IMG/VR virus record: IMGVR_UViG_3300045988_145627
Coordinates: 22,146-86,145 of that record
Source of the DNA: a virus
Lineage: Duplodnaviria > Heunggongvirae > Uroviricota > Caudoviricetes
Strand: one strand, 5' to 3'
DNA length: 64,000 bases
The number at the start of each line of letters is the position of its first letter. Position 1 is the stretch's first letter. The notes beneath the pieces are model-generated. The model was not told the origin of the DNA, searched no databases, and worked only from the letters and a program-made list of their open reading frames with translations. The translations under genes were made by a program, and so were the position numbers. Below are positions 38,918 through 48,015 of the stretch, in pieces.

Positions 38918-38966
38918 TCGCAATTATCTTATTAAGAAAACAATTTGTTTAAAAGAATAAGAAAAC

Positions 38967-39392
38967 ATGACAGCTATTAAGAAACTCTACGATGCCGCAA
39001 ACGTGGCTCTGGATGTTATTGATGATGAAGCAGCAAAAGGCTTTCCTGAACCTGATTGGGCGCATCAGCTACGAAACGCTATCGCCGAAATGAATCCACC
39101 AGATCCGAGCACCGACGAGACAGACTGGCAGCGATTTATCCGTATGTACGCTCAGGAAATAGGTCCAACGCCAACGGCAGAGCAAGCAATGCTGCTGAAA
39201 TACTTCAAAGAGGCGGGAGAGGATTTACCAATTGATGACTCAGCATATTGGTTCCACTGCGCATGGCGTAAGTATGACGTGATATTCACACAAGGCATGG
39301 GGAGCAAAGATATGGTTGTGTGGCATCTACTCCATATAGACACAGCCGTTGACAGAGTTATTGAACAGTTTTTCCCTAAACAAGAAGATTGA
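38967..39392 (+). CDS. Hypothetical protein (141 aa)
   Basis: ORF preceded by the AAACAATTTGTTT box and an SD. Confidence 0.4.
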   Translation: MTAIKKLYDAANVALDVIDDEAAKGFPEPDWAHQLRNAIAEMNPPDPSTDETDWQRFIRMYAQEIGPTPTAEQAMLLKYFKEAGEDLPIDDSAYWFHCAWRKYDVIFTQGMGSKDMVVWHLLHIDTAVDRVIEQFFPKQED

Positions 39393-39447
39393 TCGCCTAT
39401 TCATAACTAACAAAATAAGTAAACACTAACCACAAAAGGAAAAACAC

Positions 39448-39723
39448 ATGAGAGTTTTAGTTCGAATCGTTACCAGCACTGTCTATGACGTGTTTCCGCT
39501 TTTTATGGTCAAAGCCGATGGCCTTAACGACGAAGAAACTGACGCGCTGATCCAGCGTATTCTCGTTGAATATACAGGTCATGACGCTGATTCAGTGATG
39601 GTTGATGATGATGGTGTTTGTTGGCATAACGGCAACTGTTGGTACGTAGAAGAGACTCAACAAATCAGTGATGAAGATGCCGCACATCTTGAGCGTATTT
39701 TAAGCATCAGCACTTTTGAGTGA
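39448..39723 (+). CDS. Hypothetical protein (91 aa)
   Basis: ORF with conserved AAAGGAAAAACACATG start context. Confidence 0.4.
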   Translation: MRVLVRIVTSTVYDVFPLFMVKADGLNDEETDALIQRILVEYTGHDADSVMVDDDGVCWHNGNCWYVEETQQISDEDAAHLERILSISTFE

Positions 39724-39765
39724 GTTTACAGTAAATTTATATAAATAAGTTAGTATCTACCTATC

Positions 39766-39945
39766 ATGAAGATTTTTATTGAATACTTGTTACTCATCGT
39801 TTCAATAGCTTTTGTCATCGACTGCATTTTCACCGGTGTCATTCGTAAAGTCTTTTCCCCGGTGAACGACGTAGTCATAAACGCTTTGGCTATCGTGCTC
39901 GTATTTAATTCAGCATTTGATGTAATCAAAGAGGTGGCAGCATGA
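39766..39945 (+). CDS. Possible small membrane protein (~59 aa), not in the ORF track (below size cut-off)
   Basis: ATG after the palindromic motif; translation MKIFIEYLLLIVSIAFVIDCIF.. is strongly hydrophobic; stop overlaps the next start. Confidence 0.25.
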   Translation: MKIFIEYLLLIVSIAFVIDCIFTGVIRKVFSPVNDVVINALAIVLVFNSAFDVIKEVAA

Positions 39946-40277
39946 AGGCCATCCCATTCGCGCTGTTGTTCCTTTCTTCGATCGTTGTGGCCGACACCAC
40001 TGTTTATCAGTGTGAAATGTCTGTAGCCGACGTTAAGAATGGCGCTCTTACCGACGTCATAAAAGCACCATATGGAGCGATGGTCGTAGACAGCGGCGAC
40101 CAGTTCTATGTTGTGCGTGACGATCGAGTGTTGTCATCCCCATATCTCACAAATCGTAATGGCAAATTAACCGGCGTCGGAGAAGACCACTTCGTATACA
40201 ACAAATACAAGGGCTTCTATGGTGTTCACGCTTCTCAGCAAAGCTACCTTTTCGATGACTGCAAGGAGGTTGGATAA
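39942..40277 (+). CDS. Hypothetical secreted protein (111 aa)
   Basis: N-terminal signal-peptide-like MKAIPFALLFLSSIVVA. Confidence 0.4.
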   Translation: MKAIPFALLFLSSIVVADTTVYQCEMSVADVKNGALTDVIKAPYGAMVVDSGDQFYVVRDDRVLSSPYLTNRNGKLTGVGEDHFVYNKYKGFYGVHASQQSYLFDDCKEVG

Positions 40278-40489
40278 TGGCATTAACACTGGCAGGTCTG
40301 GAAATCGAGAAAACAAGCGGCTACTGGCGTGCTAAGGGTTTCAAGCAGCCTGGCATTCTTGAGCGTCTGGAACGTGAAGATGGGTATATCGTCCACCAGC
40401 GGCGTGAATGGCGTATGTACGATCCAGAAACAGGAAAACTGACTACAAAAGCCGGAACACTTTGGGGTCTGTTAAAGAAAATACACTAA
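40277..40489 (+). CDS. Hypothetical small protein (70 aa)
   Basis: ORF overlapping the upstream stop; followed by a hairpin. Confidence 0.35.
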   Translation: MALTLAGLEIEKTSGYWRAKGFKQPGILERLEREDGYIVHQRREWRMYDPETGKLTTKAGTLWGLLKKIH

Positions 40490-40498
40490 ATGCAAACT

Positions 40499-40520
40499 GA
40501 CTGCGGCACGTTCCGCAGTC
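40499..40520 (+). terminator. Hairpin terminator (gactgcgg..ccgcagtc)
   Basis: 8-bp GC-rich stem, 6-nt loop, followed by an A/T-rich tract. Confidence 0.5.
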
Positions 40521-40536
40521 ATATTTCATAGTCGTC

Positions 40537-41069
40537 ACCGCTGACAGCATACACAATCAACTACCGCTGATAGCATATCGAGAGTCTATCTCACCGCTCA
40601 CAGCATACTTTACTCGATTTTTTACCGCTGACAGCATACTTAAGACATTGCATGAATAATGTGTACCGGTATGGGTATAACCAGAACAAAATTACCGCTG
40701 GCAGCATACGAAGGTCTGACATATACCATTAATTACCGCTGATAGCATATCCAAACAAAAATTCCTCAATAAAACACCGCTGACAGCATACGTTCTATCA
40801 GGGAGCAGCAGGCAATAAATGCCTTTCACTACAAGCAATCAGCGCAATAGCAATAGAATGTTAGTGAGCGCAAACCTATATGGAATGCACTCTTCGAGGT
40901 TAGTAACCACTGGGGAGGTATGACAGAGCATTGAGTGGTGATAGATGATTTACCGCCCACAGCATACGTTCATCTCACTATACCGCTGGTAGCATATCTT
41001 TAACCGTTCACAGCATACTTTTCAGAAAAATAGCCGCTGATAGCATACATTTCACCGCTGACAGCATAT
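40537..41069. repeat. Iteron array: about 12 copies of a 16-bp repeat (consensus ACCGCTGACAGCATAC) on the 3' side of repA
   Basis: Copies at approximately 40537, 40563, 40593, 40624, 40694, 40735, 40776, 40952, 40982, 41003, 41033, 41054 with 1-3 variant positions each; spacings mostly 21-41 bp. Confidence 0.85.
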
Positions 41070-42163
41070 CAAAGCAGTTTGAGACTATTGGAAAGGATCT
41101 CAATCATCTTGATATTTTCAGGCGTCAAATTCTGCGAAAGTTCGGTTATCTTGTTGATAATGTTCTGTTTGGCATCAATTTCCCCAGCTTTCTCATCTAG
41201 TTTTTTGGGTTCGATGTCTTCAGGTTTTGGCGGTGCGACTTTGAGTTTTGGATTGCGGCTGTGAATCTGGATATAGATCGACCGCCCTCGTTTAATCTCG
41301 CTGTATTCGAGATAACCCAAATCTTGGAGAGCTTTTAAGCCGTTGCGTATAGTCTGATTCTGCGAGCTGACATTCCTGCTACTCAAATTGAGTCGCGCAC
41401 GCAATCGAGCAAGCGACACCGGCGCAGGCTTGGTTGGAAGACTTTCGATGAAGGTGTACAGAGCCTGTGCTGTTTCTTTGCGTGGTAGCTTATTGATAAC
41501 CTTTAACTGCAAAAGAACCTTATGGTCAAAGCGATATAGTTCGGCCAGCTTCGGTTCTGCATAGAACACCACCGTATCTTTCTGCTCGTTGTAGTCCACG
41601 CTATTGATGAGGTGCACCATCAGAAGCGAGATCTTGTTAGAGCCGTCGACGTTCTTTTCTTCATACGTTCTCTGGAAAGACAGAGTTGTACGCATGATCT
41701 TCAAAAGACTGTTTGTAAGCCGGTCGCGGAGTGTTTTGCGGATCTGTGACGATGGATAGCCACAAAACTTCGCAAATTTCGTGATGCTTAACTCGACACG
41801 ACCGTTAGGTTCGCCGTATTCTGCCAGCGAACGCACAACGCCCACCCACGTTTTGAAATCATGATCCATGTCGAGACGAGGACCGGTTATCTTGATATCG
41901 GAATAGCCTTCAGAACGGGCTACTTCGAGCTGAACAAGCTCCTTTGAAGCATCGATCTCATTTGGCTTGTTACGCTTGCTGTATTTTGTCCCCTTGAGCG
42001 TGGGCACGAACAATCCCAGCCGCATCAACGCAATTGGTTGGACTGTATTGTTGCTATTAGGGACAAGTTCCCCTGTGTACAATTCAAGGGAACCTTCTTC
42101 AAAGTTGTCGAGATTATCTTCTACTTCTTTGTTATTTTTACCTTTTTTATTTTTTGTGGACAT
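41069..42163 (-). CDS. repA: Plasmid-type replication initiator (RepA-like, iteron-binding)
   Basis: Gene bracketed on both sides by iterons; basic protein; start placed at the ATG giving MSTKNKKGKNN.. (the ORF-track frame extends to 42283 into the upstream iterons). Confidence 0.65.
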   Translation of the reverse strand: MSTKNKKGKNNKEVEDNLDNFEEGSLELYTGELVPNSNNTVQPIALMRLGLFVPTLKGTKYSKRNKPNEIDASKELVQLEVARSEGYSDIKITGPRLDMDHDFKTWVGVVRSLAEYGEPNGRVELSITKFAKFCGYPSSQIRKTLRDRLTNSLLKIMRTTLSFQRTYEEKNVDGSNKISLLMVHLINSVDYNEQKDTVVFYAEPKLAELYRFDHKVLLQLKVINKLPRKETAQALYTFIESLPTKPAPVSLARLRARLNLSSRNVSSQNQTIRNGLKALQDLGYLEYSEIKRGRSIYIQIHSRNPKLKVAPPKPEDIEPKKLDEKAGEIDAKQNIINKITELSQNLTPENIKMIEILSNSLKLL

Positions 42164-42183
42164 GTGGACACCTTTGTCATTCA

Positions 42184-42284
42184 ACCGCTGACAGCATACT
42201 TGATTTGCCGCTGACAGAATACCAAAAACAGTTGGCAGCATACGGTGAACCGCTGACAGACTATCAATTACCGCTGACAGCATA
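42184..42284. repeat. Second iteron cluster (4-5 copies) upstream of repA; likely origin / autoregulatory operator
   Basis: accgctgacagcatac at ~42184 and ~42269, variants gccgctgacagaatac, accgctgacagactat and a partial copy in between. Confidence 0.8.
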
Positions 42285-42484
42285 CATGAACATGGCTTCA
42301 GACCAGTCGTGGCGCGGCTTACAGCGATCGGGGATCTTATTTGATCTATACAAGGATCTATCTATGGATCTCTTTATTAGGATCTATCCTGTGGATATGT
42401 GAATAATTAAAACAGGCATTTACTACCTTCGGCGCACCTGGTGGGTTATCGTTGCCTCGGCTAACAATCACAGAAAAATGACAT

Positions 42485-43129
42485 ATGGATCTAAAACGCA
42501 CGCGCTGGGTTCGTCGTCTTGAAGACGGATCCTACACTATCGAATCAAATTCCAACCTGAATAAGCAGAAGTTGCTTTGTGACATCTGCGGTATAGCGGC
42601 GAAGTGCCCGATCTACGAAACCAGAATTAAACTTGATAAGGCTGGTGTGAATTTTCATTTAAACAGTTGCATCAGGTACGTTCCATTACTCGCATTTCGT
42701 AAACCGATCATCGGATTGGATGCCCCCTACTTCAACACACTCCGTTCAGGTGTGACGTGGCGAGATCGTTTATCACCAGACAAGCTGATTTGCCTCGTAT
42801 CCGCAGACACAGGAAAAATCATCCGTTTTGGGAAAGTAGACAAGGTTTACTCAGGCCCAGTAGACGAAATGTTGCGGAAACACAGCCGGTTTAATCATCT
42901 CTGTATGGGTGGTGAGAAAATCGAGAAGGTAGAAGAAGTGATCCGCAAATCCTACGGACACTTTCTGACCAAAGATAGCCTGCTCACCGCAATCTACATC
43001 AGACATGTAAAACGTGAGTTCGACCTCGAATACCACAGCGAAGAAGAGCTTAACCTTGTTGACCCACGTCCAAAAGCTGGCGTCATAAGCATAAACGCAG
43101 CGCGTAAAAAGCCCACTGACGCGCTGTAA
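42485..43129 (+). CDS. Hypothetical protein (214 aa)
   Basis: ORF; Cys cluster CDICGIAAKCP; function unknown. Confidence 0.45.
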   Translation: MDLKRTRWVRRLEDGSYTIESNSNLNKQKLLCDICGIAAKCPIYETRIKLDKAGVNFHLNSCIRYVPLLAFRKPIIGLDAPYFNTLRSGVTWRDRLSPDKLICLVSADTGKIIRFGKVDKVYSGPVDEMLRKHSRFNHLCMGGEKIEKVEEVIRKSYGHFLTKDSLLTAIYIRHVKREFDLEYHSEEELNLVDPRPKAGVISINAARKKPTDAL

Positions 43130-43383
43130 CCCTCCAGATCGTATATTGGCGTAGATAGAATCTACGCCTCCTCAAAATAGCTCTCATAGCGTTCTACAGT
43201 GATCCTGTCTTATTTTTAGTCATACAGACAAGCAAAGTTGCGCCACAATAAATAGGTATATACTTACTTATAAATTTTGTATATTAAGACGCTCGTTTCA
43301 TTCCTAACATACCGTTATGCATAGTTGTTTACCTTCTCATTGCTCTTAAAATTTGTATCAAAATAACCACAACGGAAAAACAC

Positions 43384-44469
43384 ATGACTTTGCCATACGG
43401 CGTCATTTCTGACTGCCACTACCACAAATGGGATGCGTTCTCCACGACGAACGCAGAGGGGCTTAACTCCAGACTTGAAATACAGTTGGAAGCAACGAAA
43501 GAAGCAGCCATCGCCATGAAGAAGGCCGGTTGTAAGTACATGTTGGTTGCCGGTGATACATTTCACGTCCGAGGAACTGTGTCCCCTTCTGTTTTGCATT
43601 ACGTAACTGAAACGTACAAGTGGATTATCAACGAGCTTGATCTGATAGTAGTAATGCTGGCCGGTAATCACGATCTTGAAACCAACGATTCAGTATATAG
43701 CGCCAACGCAGCAGCATCGCTGAGTTCTATCGGCGTGGTAATCGTATGTGGCAAGCGCCCACACTCAATAAAAATTGGTGATGTGACTGTCCACCTGATT
43801 AGCTGGCGTAACAATCATGCGGAGCTTATCAGCGATCTGAAAGCATTACGTAAGAGCGTAGAAGGTGATAACCATGACGTTGTTATCCATACATCCATTA
43901 ACAAAGCCATTCCAACAATGCCTGACGTCGGTATCGATGCGCAGGAGTTAAAGGATATCGGCTTTCGTCTCGTGCTTAGTGGGCATTACCACAACCACAA
44001 AGAGGTCATTCCTGGAGTTATCAGTGTCGGTGCGCTGACCCATCAAAATTGGGGAGATGTTGGATCTCTGGCTGGTTACATGATCGTAAACCCGGACGGC
44101 AGTTTCAGTCACTACGAAACCAGTGCGCCTAAATTCATTAACCTGGAAGATTATGTTGCCGATGACCAAATTCGCGGCAACTACGTGCGTTTCCGCGCCG
44201 TAATCGAGAACGATGAAGAAGGCATTAAGTACCAGAACATCCTTAAAACAATGGGTGCAAAAGGTGTTGTGTGCAACTTCATCCGTAAGTCATCAATGAT
44301 GGAAGGGACAGCAAGCACAACGGAAACCAGCAAAATCGATAGCCTGGGAGAGTCGGTATCTGCTTATTGCAAGATTGTCCACGATACTGACGGCGGATTT
44401 GATCTGAGCAAGTTGGATATTTTGTGTCAGGAAATCCTCACCGAAGCGGAGAGTTCGGAGGCTGTGTGA
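43384..44469 (+). CDS. sbcD: SbcD/Mre11-family nuclease (calcineurin-like phosphoesterase)
   Basis: Phosphoesterase motifs SDCHYH, GDTFH, GNHD; upstream of the SbcC-like ATPase. Confidence 0.75.
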   Translation: MTLPYGVISDCHYHKWDAFSTTNAEGLNSRLEIQLEATKEAAIAMKKAGCKYMLVAGDTFHVRGTVSPSVLHYVTETYKWIINELDLIVVMLAGNHDLETNDSVYSANAAASLSSIGVVIVCGKRPHSIKIGDVTVHLISWRNNHAELISDLKALRKSVEGDNHDVVIHTSINKAIPTMPDVGIDAQELKDIGFRLVLSGHYHNHKEVIPGVISVGALTHQNWGDVGSLAGYMIVNPDGSFSHYETSAPKFINLEDYVADDQIRGNYVRFRAVIENDEEGIKYQNILKTMGAKGVVCNFIRKSSMMEGTASTTETSKIDSLGESVSAYCKIVHDTDGGFDLSKLDILCQEILTEAESSEAV

Positions 44470-44510
44470 GGCAAAGTCGTTATGGGAGCTTTCGAGACTT
44501 TGCCATCACG

Positions 44511-44702
44511 ATGAAAAGACTTGAACGAGGCCAGACGGTGATGTTTCACAAGCCCTACCCGCCACAAGGAAATCCCGTAGCGTTTTATCTTGGAAGGTTA
44601 ACAAGAAAAGGCGTATTGAGGCGCAGATCCTTCCCGGCGCATACGGAGTTCAGATTGAAAGAAGGCCAAAAGCTAACACACGGTATCAGAGGTGTTATAT
44701 GA
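44511..44702 (+). CDS. Possible small basic protein (63 aa) between sbcD and sbcC
   Basis: In-frame ATG within ORF 44424-44702; stop overlaps the sbcC start; no motif. Confidence 0.2.
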   Translation: MKRLERGQTVMFHKPYPPQGNPVAFYLGRLTRKGVLRRRSFPAHTEFRLKEGQKLTHGIRGVI

Positions 44703-46615
44703 AGTTTTTAAAGCTCCAGGTTGAGAATTTTATGGCTATCGCCAGCGCGGAGGTCGAGTTAGATCAGCGTGGTTTAGTGCTCATTCAGGGTGTTAATAGT
44801 GATGATAGTTCCGCATCAAGTAATGGCTCTGGAAAGTCAACGCTAATGAATAGCCTGATGTGGTGTCTTTATGGCGAAACAGCTCATGGTGTGAAGGGTG
44901 ACGATGTGTTGTCTACCGACCATGAAAAGAACTGTCGTGTTGCAGTAACCATCGAGGATGAAGGCAAGAGATATGCGATCATTCGTCACCGTAAACACAA
45001 AGAGTTCAAAAATCGGCTTATCGTTCGTGGTGAAGACGGCGATATGACGAAAGGCAAAGATGCGCTGACGCAAGAGTTCGTCGAGCGTCTGATCGGTGCA
45101 TCTAAAGAGGTTTTCATGGCTTCCATCTATGCGAGCCAAGAAGCTATGCCAGATTTACCTGGAATGTCCGACAAAAACCTCAAAACCATCGTAGAAGAAG
45201 CCGCTGGCGTTGACAGACTGACACGCGCCTACGCTATTGCTCGTGAGCGAGCTAATGCAGCTGCCGCACGTATGGATGTGGTTAAAACCAAATTGGAGTC
45301 GACAATCTCGACCATTGAGGCAACACAGTCAGAAATTGAGTCAGCGAAAGCCTCCTCTGAATCATGGGAGCAAGAGCGTTCTAAACGTTATGACGATGCC
45401 CTGGCTGGGCTGGCCAGTGCCGAAGTTGAGTTAACGGAAGTTGAACTTGAGATCCGCACTCTTCCCGAACAGATCCGTGATACCGAGAAGGCAATCGAAA
45501 GTGAGCGCAAAAAGTTAGCCTCAAAAGAAGAACATGACGCCAAGTTGCTCAAAGTTCGTGGTGCGATAACTGATATTCGGGCAAGCATCAAAGCTACAGA
45601 AAATAGTCAGGCTGATGCAATGAACCGCGCGCGTAATTTTAAGACCAAAGCAGAAGAGGTTGGTACTAAAGTGGGATCACCATGCCCTACTTGTGGCAAA
45701 GCCTACTGCGAAGAAGATCTATCAACGGTGAAGGAGAATTTCATTGAACAAGCACGTCAGGAAATTGGTCAGGCGAAGACACTTGCAGAGGCAATGGCTA
45801 AACACAAAACGAATCTTGAGAAAGCGTTAAGCATTGAGTCTGCCCTTGTTAAAACGACACCTGATGTAACGGCTATCATTGCCCGGATTGAAGAGCTTAC
45901 GAAACAACTCTCATCTTTGCGTCATCGTGAGAAGGAGGTTGTTGCTATTGAGTCTCTTGTGACTCGTGCTCGTACTGAGGTCGATCGTATATCAAAAGAG
46001 ATTAATCCGTTTATTGCTCTTATCGCCAGACACGAAGATAACCTGGTATCCAGTAAGTCTACCTTCAAGTCCTTAAAAGATGAGTTGAAGGCTATTCAGG
46101 AACAAACGTTGCTATTGGAAAAAGCTCGTCAGGTCTACTCTCCTGCCGGGGTGCGTTCTCATATTTTGACGTCTGTTACGCCTTTCCTGAATACACGCAC
46201 TGCCGAGTATCTCAATACGTTGTCTGACGGGAATATTACTGCTGAGTGGTCGACGATGGATGTCACTAAAAAAGGTGAGTATCGCGACAAATTCAACATT
46301 AGTGTGCAGAAGAAAGGTTCAAGTAAGTCGTTCCAGACCCTCTCTGGTGGTGAGAAGCGGAAGGTTCGCATTGCGTGTTCTTTGGCATTGCAGGATCTGG
46401 TTAGTAACCGGGCGAGTAAAAACATCGATTTGTTTATCGGCGACGAAATTGACGATGCACTCGATACAGCCGGTCTTGAACGCCTCATGGGTATTCTGGA
46501 GTCCAAAGCTCGCGAGCGAGGTACTGTGCTGATTATCTCCCATAAAGAGATGAAGTCATGGTTCCGGGAAACTATTACGCTGGAAGTTAAAGAGGGGCGC
46601 AGCTATGTCGTTTAA
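44699..46615 (+). CDS. sbcC: SbcC/Rad50-family ATPase
   Basis: N-terminal Walker A GSGKST, central coiled coil with CxxC zinc hook CPTCGKAYC, C-terminal signature LSGGEKRK and Walker B LFIGDEID. Confidence 0.75.
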   Translation: MKFLKLQVENFMAIASAEVELDQRGLVLIQGVNSDDSSASSNGSGKSTLMNSLMWCLYGETAHGVKGDDVLSTDHEKNCRVAVTIEDEGKRYAIIRHRKHKEFKNRLIVRGEDGDMTKGKDALTQEFVERLIGASKEVFMASIYASQEAMPDLPGMSDKNLKTIVEEAAGVDRLTRAYAIARERANAAAARMDVVKTKLESTISTIEATQSEIESAKASSESWEQERSKRYDDALAGLASAEVELTEVELEIRTLPEQIRDTEKAIESERKKLASKEEHDAKLLKVRGAITDIRASIKATENSQADAMNRARNFKTKAEEVGTKVGSPCPTCGKAYCEEDLSTVKENFIEQARQEIGQAKTLAEAMAKHKTNLEKALSIESALVKTTPDVTAIIARIEELTKQLSSLRHREKEVVAIESLVTRARTEVDRISKEINPFIALIARHEDNLVSSKSTFKSLKDELKAIQEQTLLLEKARQVYSPAGVRSHILTSVTPFLNTRTAEYLNTLSDGNITAEWSTMDVTKKGEYRDKFNISVQKKGSSKSFQTLSGGEKRKVRIACSLALQDLVSNRASKNIDLFIGDEIDDALDTAGLERLMGILESKARERGTVLIISHKEMKSWFRETITLEVKEGRSYVV

Positions 46616-47363
46616 ATTAAGCCGCTCGCAGTTTTTGCAGGTATTTGCAGTGATGCAGTCGATAAAACTGATCAATGGGCATACTTCCAATGGTGCGGCT
46701 CCACGTATTCTATGGGGCAGCAACAATATTGACGGAGTACAATTCGCCGCGTTGCTTGGTCTAATATCCGAGACGCCATTGATGCAAAGTTTGAAATCAC
46801 TACCACCTGGATGTATTGCGCCGATCCTGATTAATCCTTTTGTTGAGGGGGGATATCTTCCCAACGTCGGGCCTGGGTTTATTGCATCCCATGAAACTGA
46901 AGATCTTAACATTAATAGCGAAGGGTTCTTTGGGGGAATGGGTGCGCATCACTGTATGGCTTTCACGAACCTTATTCGACTTGCCAATAAGCGGGTGGAT
47001 AGTTTGGCATCGCCAGGTGATGCTTTTACTGGTTTCCTTATCCAAAGGAGGGATAAAAAGTACAGTGCGGACAAACTACAGTTTGTTGGTAAGTATGGAG
47101 AAATGGTAGAAATCGAACTTCAGCTCCCTCATGTTTTAGCAAACGATAGTGCAGACAGTCGGAGGCTGTTGGGCATCATGCGTCATTTCATAGCAAGTGG
47201 TGTAAAACATGCCGCAGATAAACATGCCGCAGATAAACGTGTCACGCAGGAAAATGAGTATTCAGACTTTGCAAACTATCCCCAACCAACGTTGCAAACG
47301 GCAATAGTAGCCAATTCGTTGGAGGCGAGATTATTGGAAAACCCTATATGGGGAACATGGTAA
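46605..47363 (+). CDS. Hypothetical protein (252 aa)
   Basis: ORF overlapping the sbcC end; no recognisable motif. Confidence 0.45.
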   Translation: MSFKLSRSQFLQVFAVMQSIKLINGHTSNGAAPRILWGSNNIDGVQFAALLGLISETPLMQSLKSLPPGCIAPILINPFVEGGYLPNVGPGFIASHETEDLNINSEGFFGGMGAHHCMAFTNLIRLANKRVDSLASPGDAFTGFLIQRRDKKYSADKLQFVGKYGEMVEIELQLPHVLANDSADSRRLLGIMRHFIASGVKHAADKHAADKRVTQENEYSDFANYPQPTLQTAIVANSLEARLLENPIWGTW

Positions 47364-47372
47364 GGAGACTAT

Positions 47373-47942
47373 ATGAGTAAAAAAATCAGCGTAGTTGGTG
47401 TTGATCCCTCAATGAGCAACTTTGGGCTTGCTGTGGGCACTTTAGACCTTGAGACGGACGAACTTGAGATTCACGGCCTTACTCTTGTTGAGACTAAAGC
47501 GGGGAGTAACAAAAAGACCGTTCGTGTGAACAGTGACGATCTGCGCCGAGCCAGTGAAATATGGCGTGTTGCGAAGCCAATCATTGATAAGGCAAATATG
47601 GTTTTTTGTGAGCTACCGGTTGGGAGCCAAAACTCTCGTTCGCAGACGTCTTACGGTATTTGTATCGGTGTACTTGCGTGTGTGGATAAGCCATTGATCC
47701 AGGTTACTCCAAACGAAATCAAGCATTTTGTCGGCAATAAACTTACTACATCGAAAGAAGAGATTATCCAGTGGGCTACGAAAAAACACCCTAAAGCACC
47801 GTGGCTGCGTCGTAAGCAATCTGGACAGGATGTTCTCGTGAACAAAAACGAACATTTGGCTGATGCGGTGGCTGCCATCCATACCGGTATGCAAACAGAT
47901 CAGTTCCGCCAGGTGCGCGATGTTCTTAAGTCTCTCATTTGA
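47373..47942 (+). CDS. ruvC: RuvC-like Holliday junction resolvase
   Basis: N-terminal VVGVDPS..NFGLAV and C-terminal EHLADAVAAIH segments resemble RuvC catalytic regions. Confidence 0.55.
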   Translation: MSKKISVVGVDPSMSNFGLAVGTLDLETDELEIHGLTLVETKAGSNKKTVRVNSDDLRRASEIWRVAKPIIDKANMVFCELPVGSQNSRSQTSYGICIGVLACVDKPLIQVTPNEIKHFVGNKLTTSKEEIIQWATKKHPKAPWLRRKQSGQDVLVNKNEHLADAVAAIHTGMQTDQFRQVRDVLKSLI

Positions 47943-47975
47943 TTTCATTGATAGGTAAGTGCTTATCTATTAACA

Positions 47976-48005
47976 TGGGCCACTATATTTAGTGGCCCTC
48001 TTTAT
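47976..48005 (+). terminator. Rho-independent terminator (gggccactatatttagtggccc + T-rich)
   Basis: Hairpin followed by tctttatttg. Confidence 0.6.
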
Positions 48006-48015
48006 TTGGTGATAC

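Noticed and set aside
42164-42283. N-terminal extension of repA (track start 42283)
   Set aside because: The extension runs through the upstream iterons and translates to a hydrophobic / Cys-rich peptide; the ATG at 42163 gives a typical basic RepA N-terminus. Start remains unverified.
40537-42284. Possible CRISPR array (short direct repeats with intervening sequence)
   Set aside because: Repeats are only 16 bp, spacing is irregular (21-70 bp and a 160-bp gap), both orientations flank a RepA-like gene, and there are no cas genes; this is the pattern of plasmid iterons.
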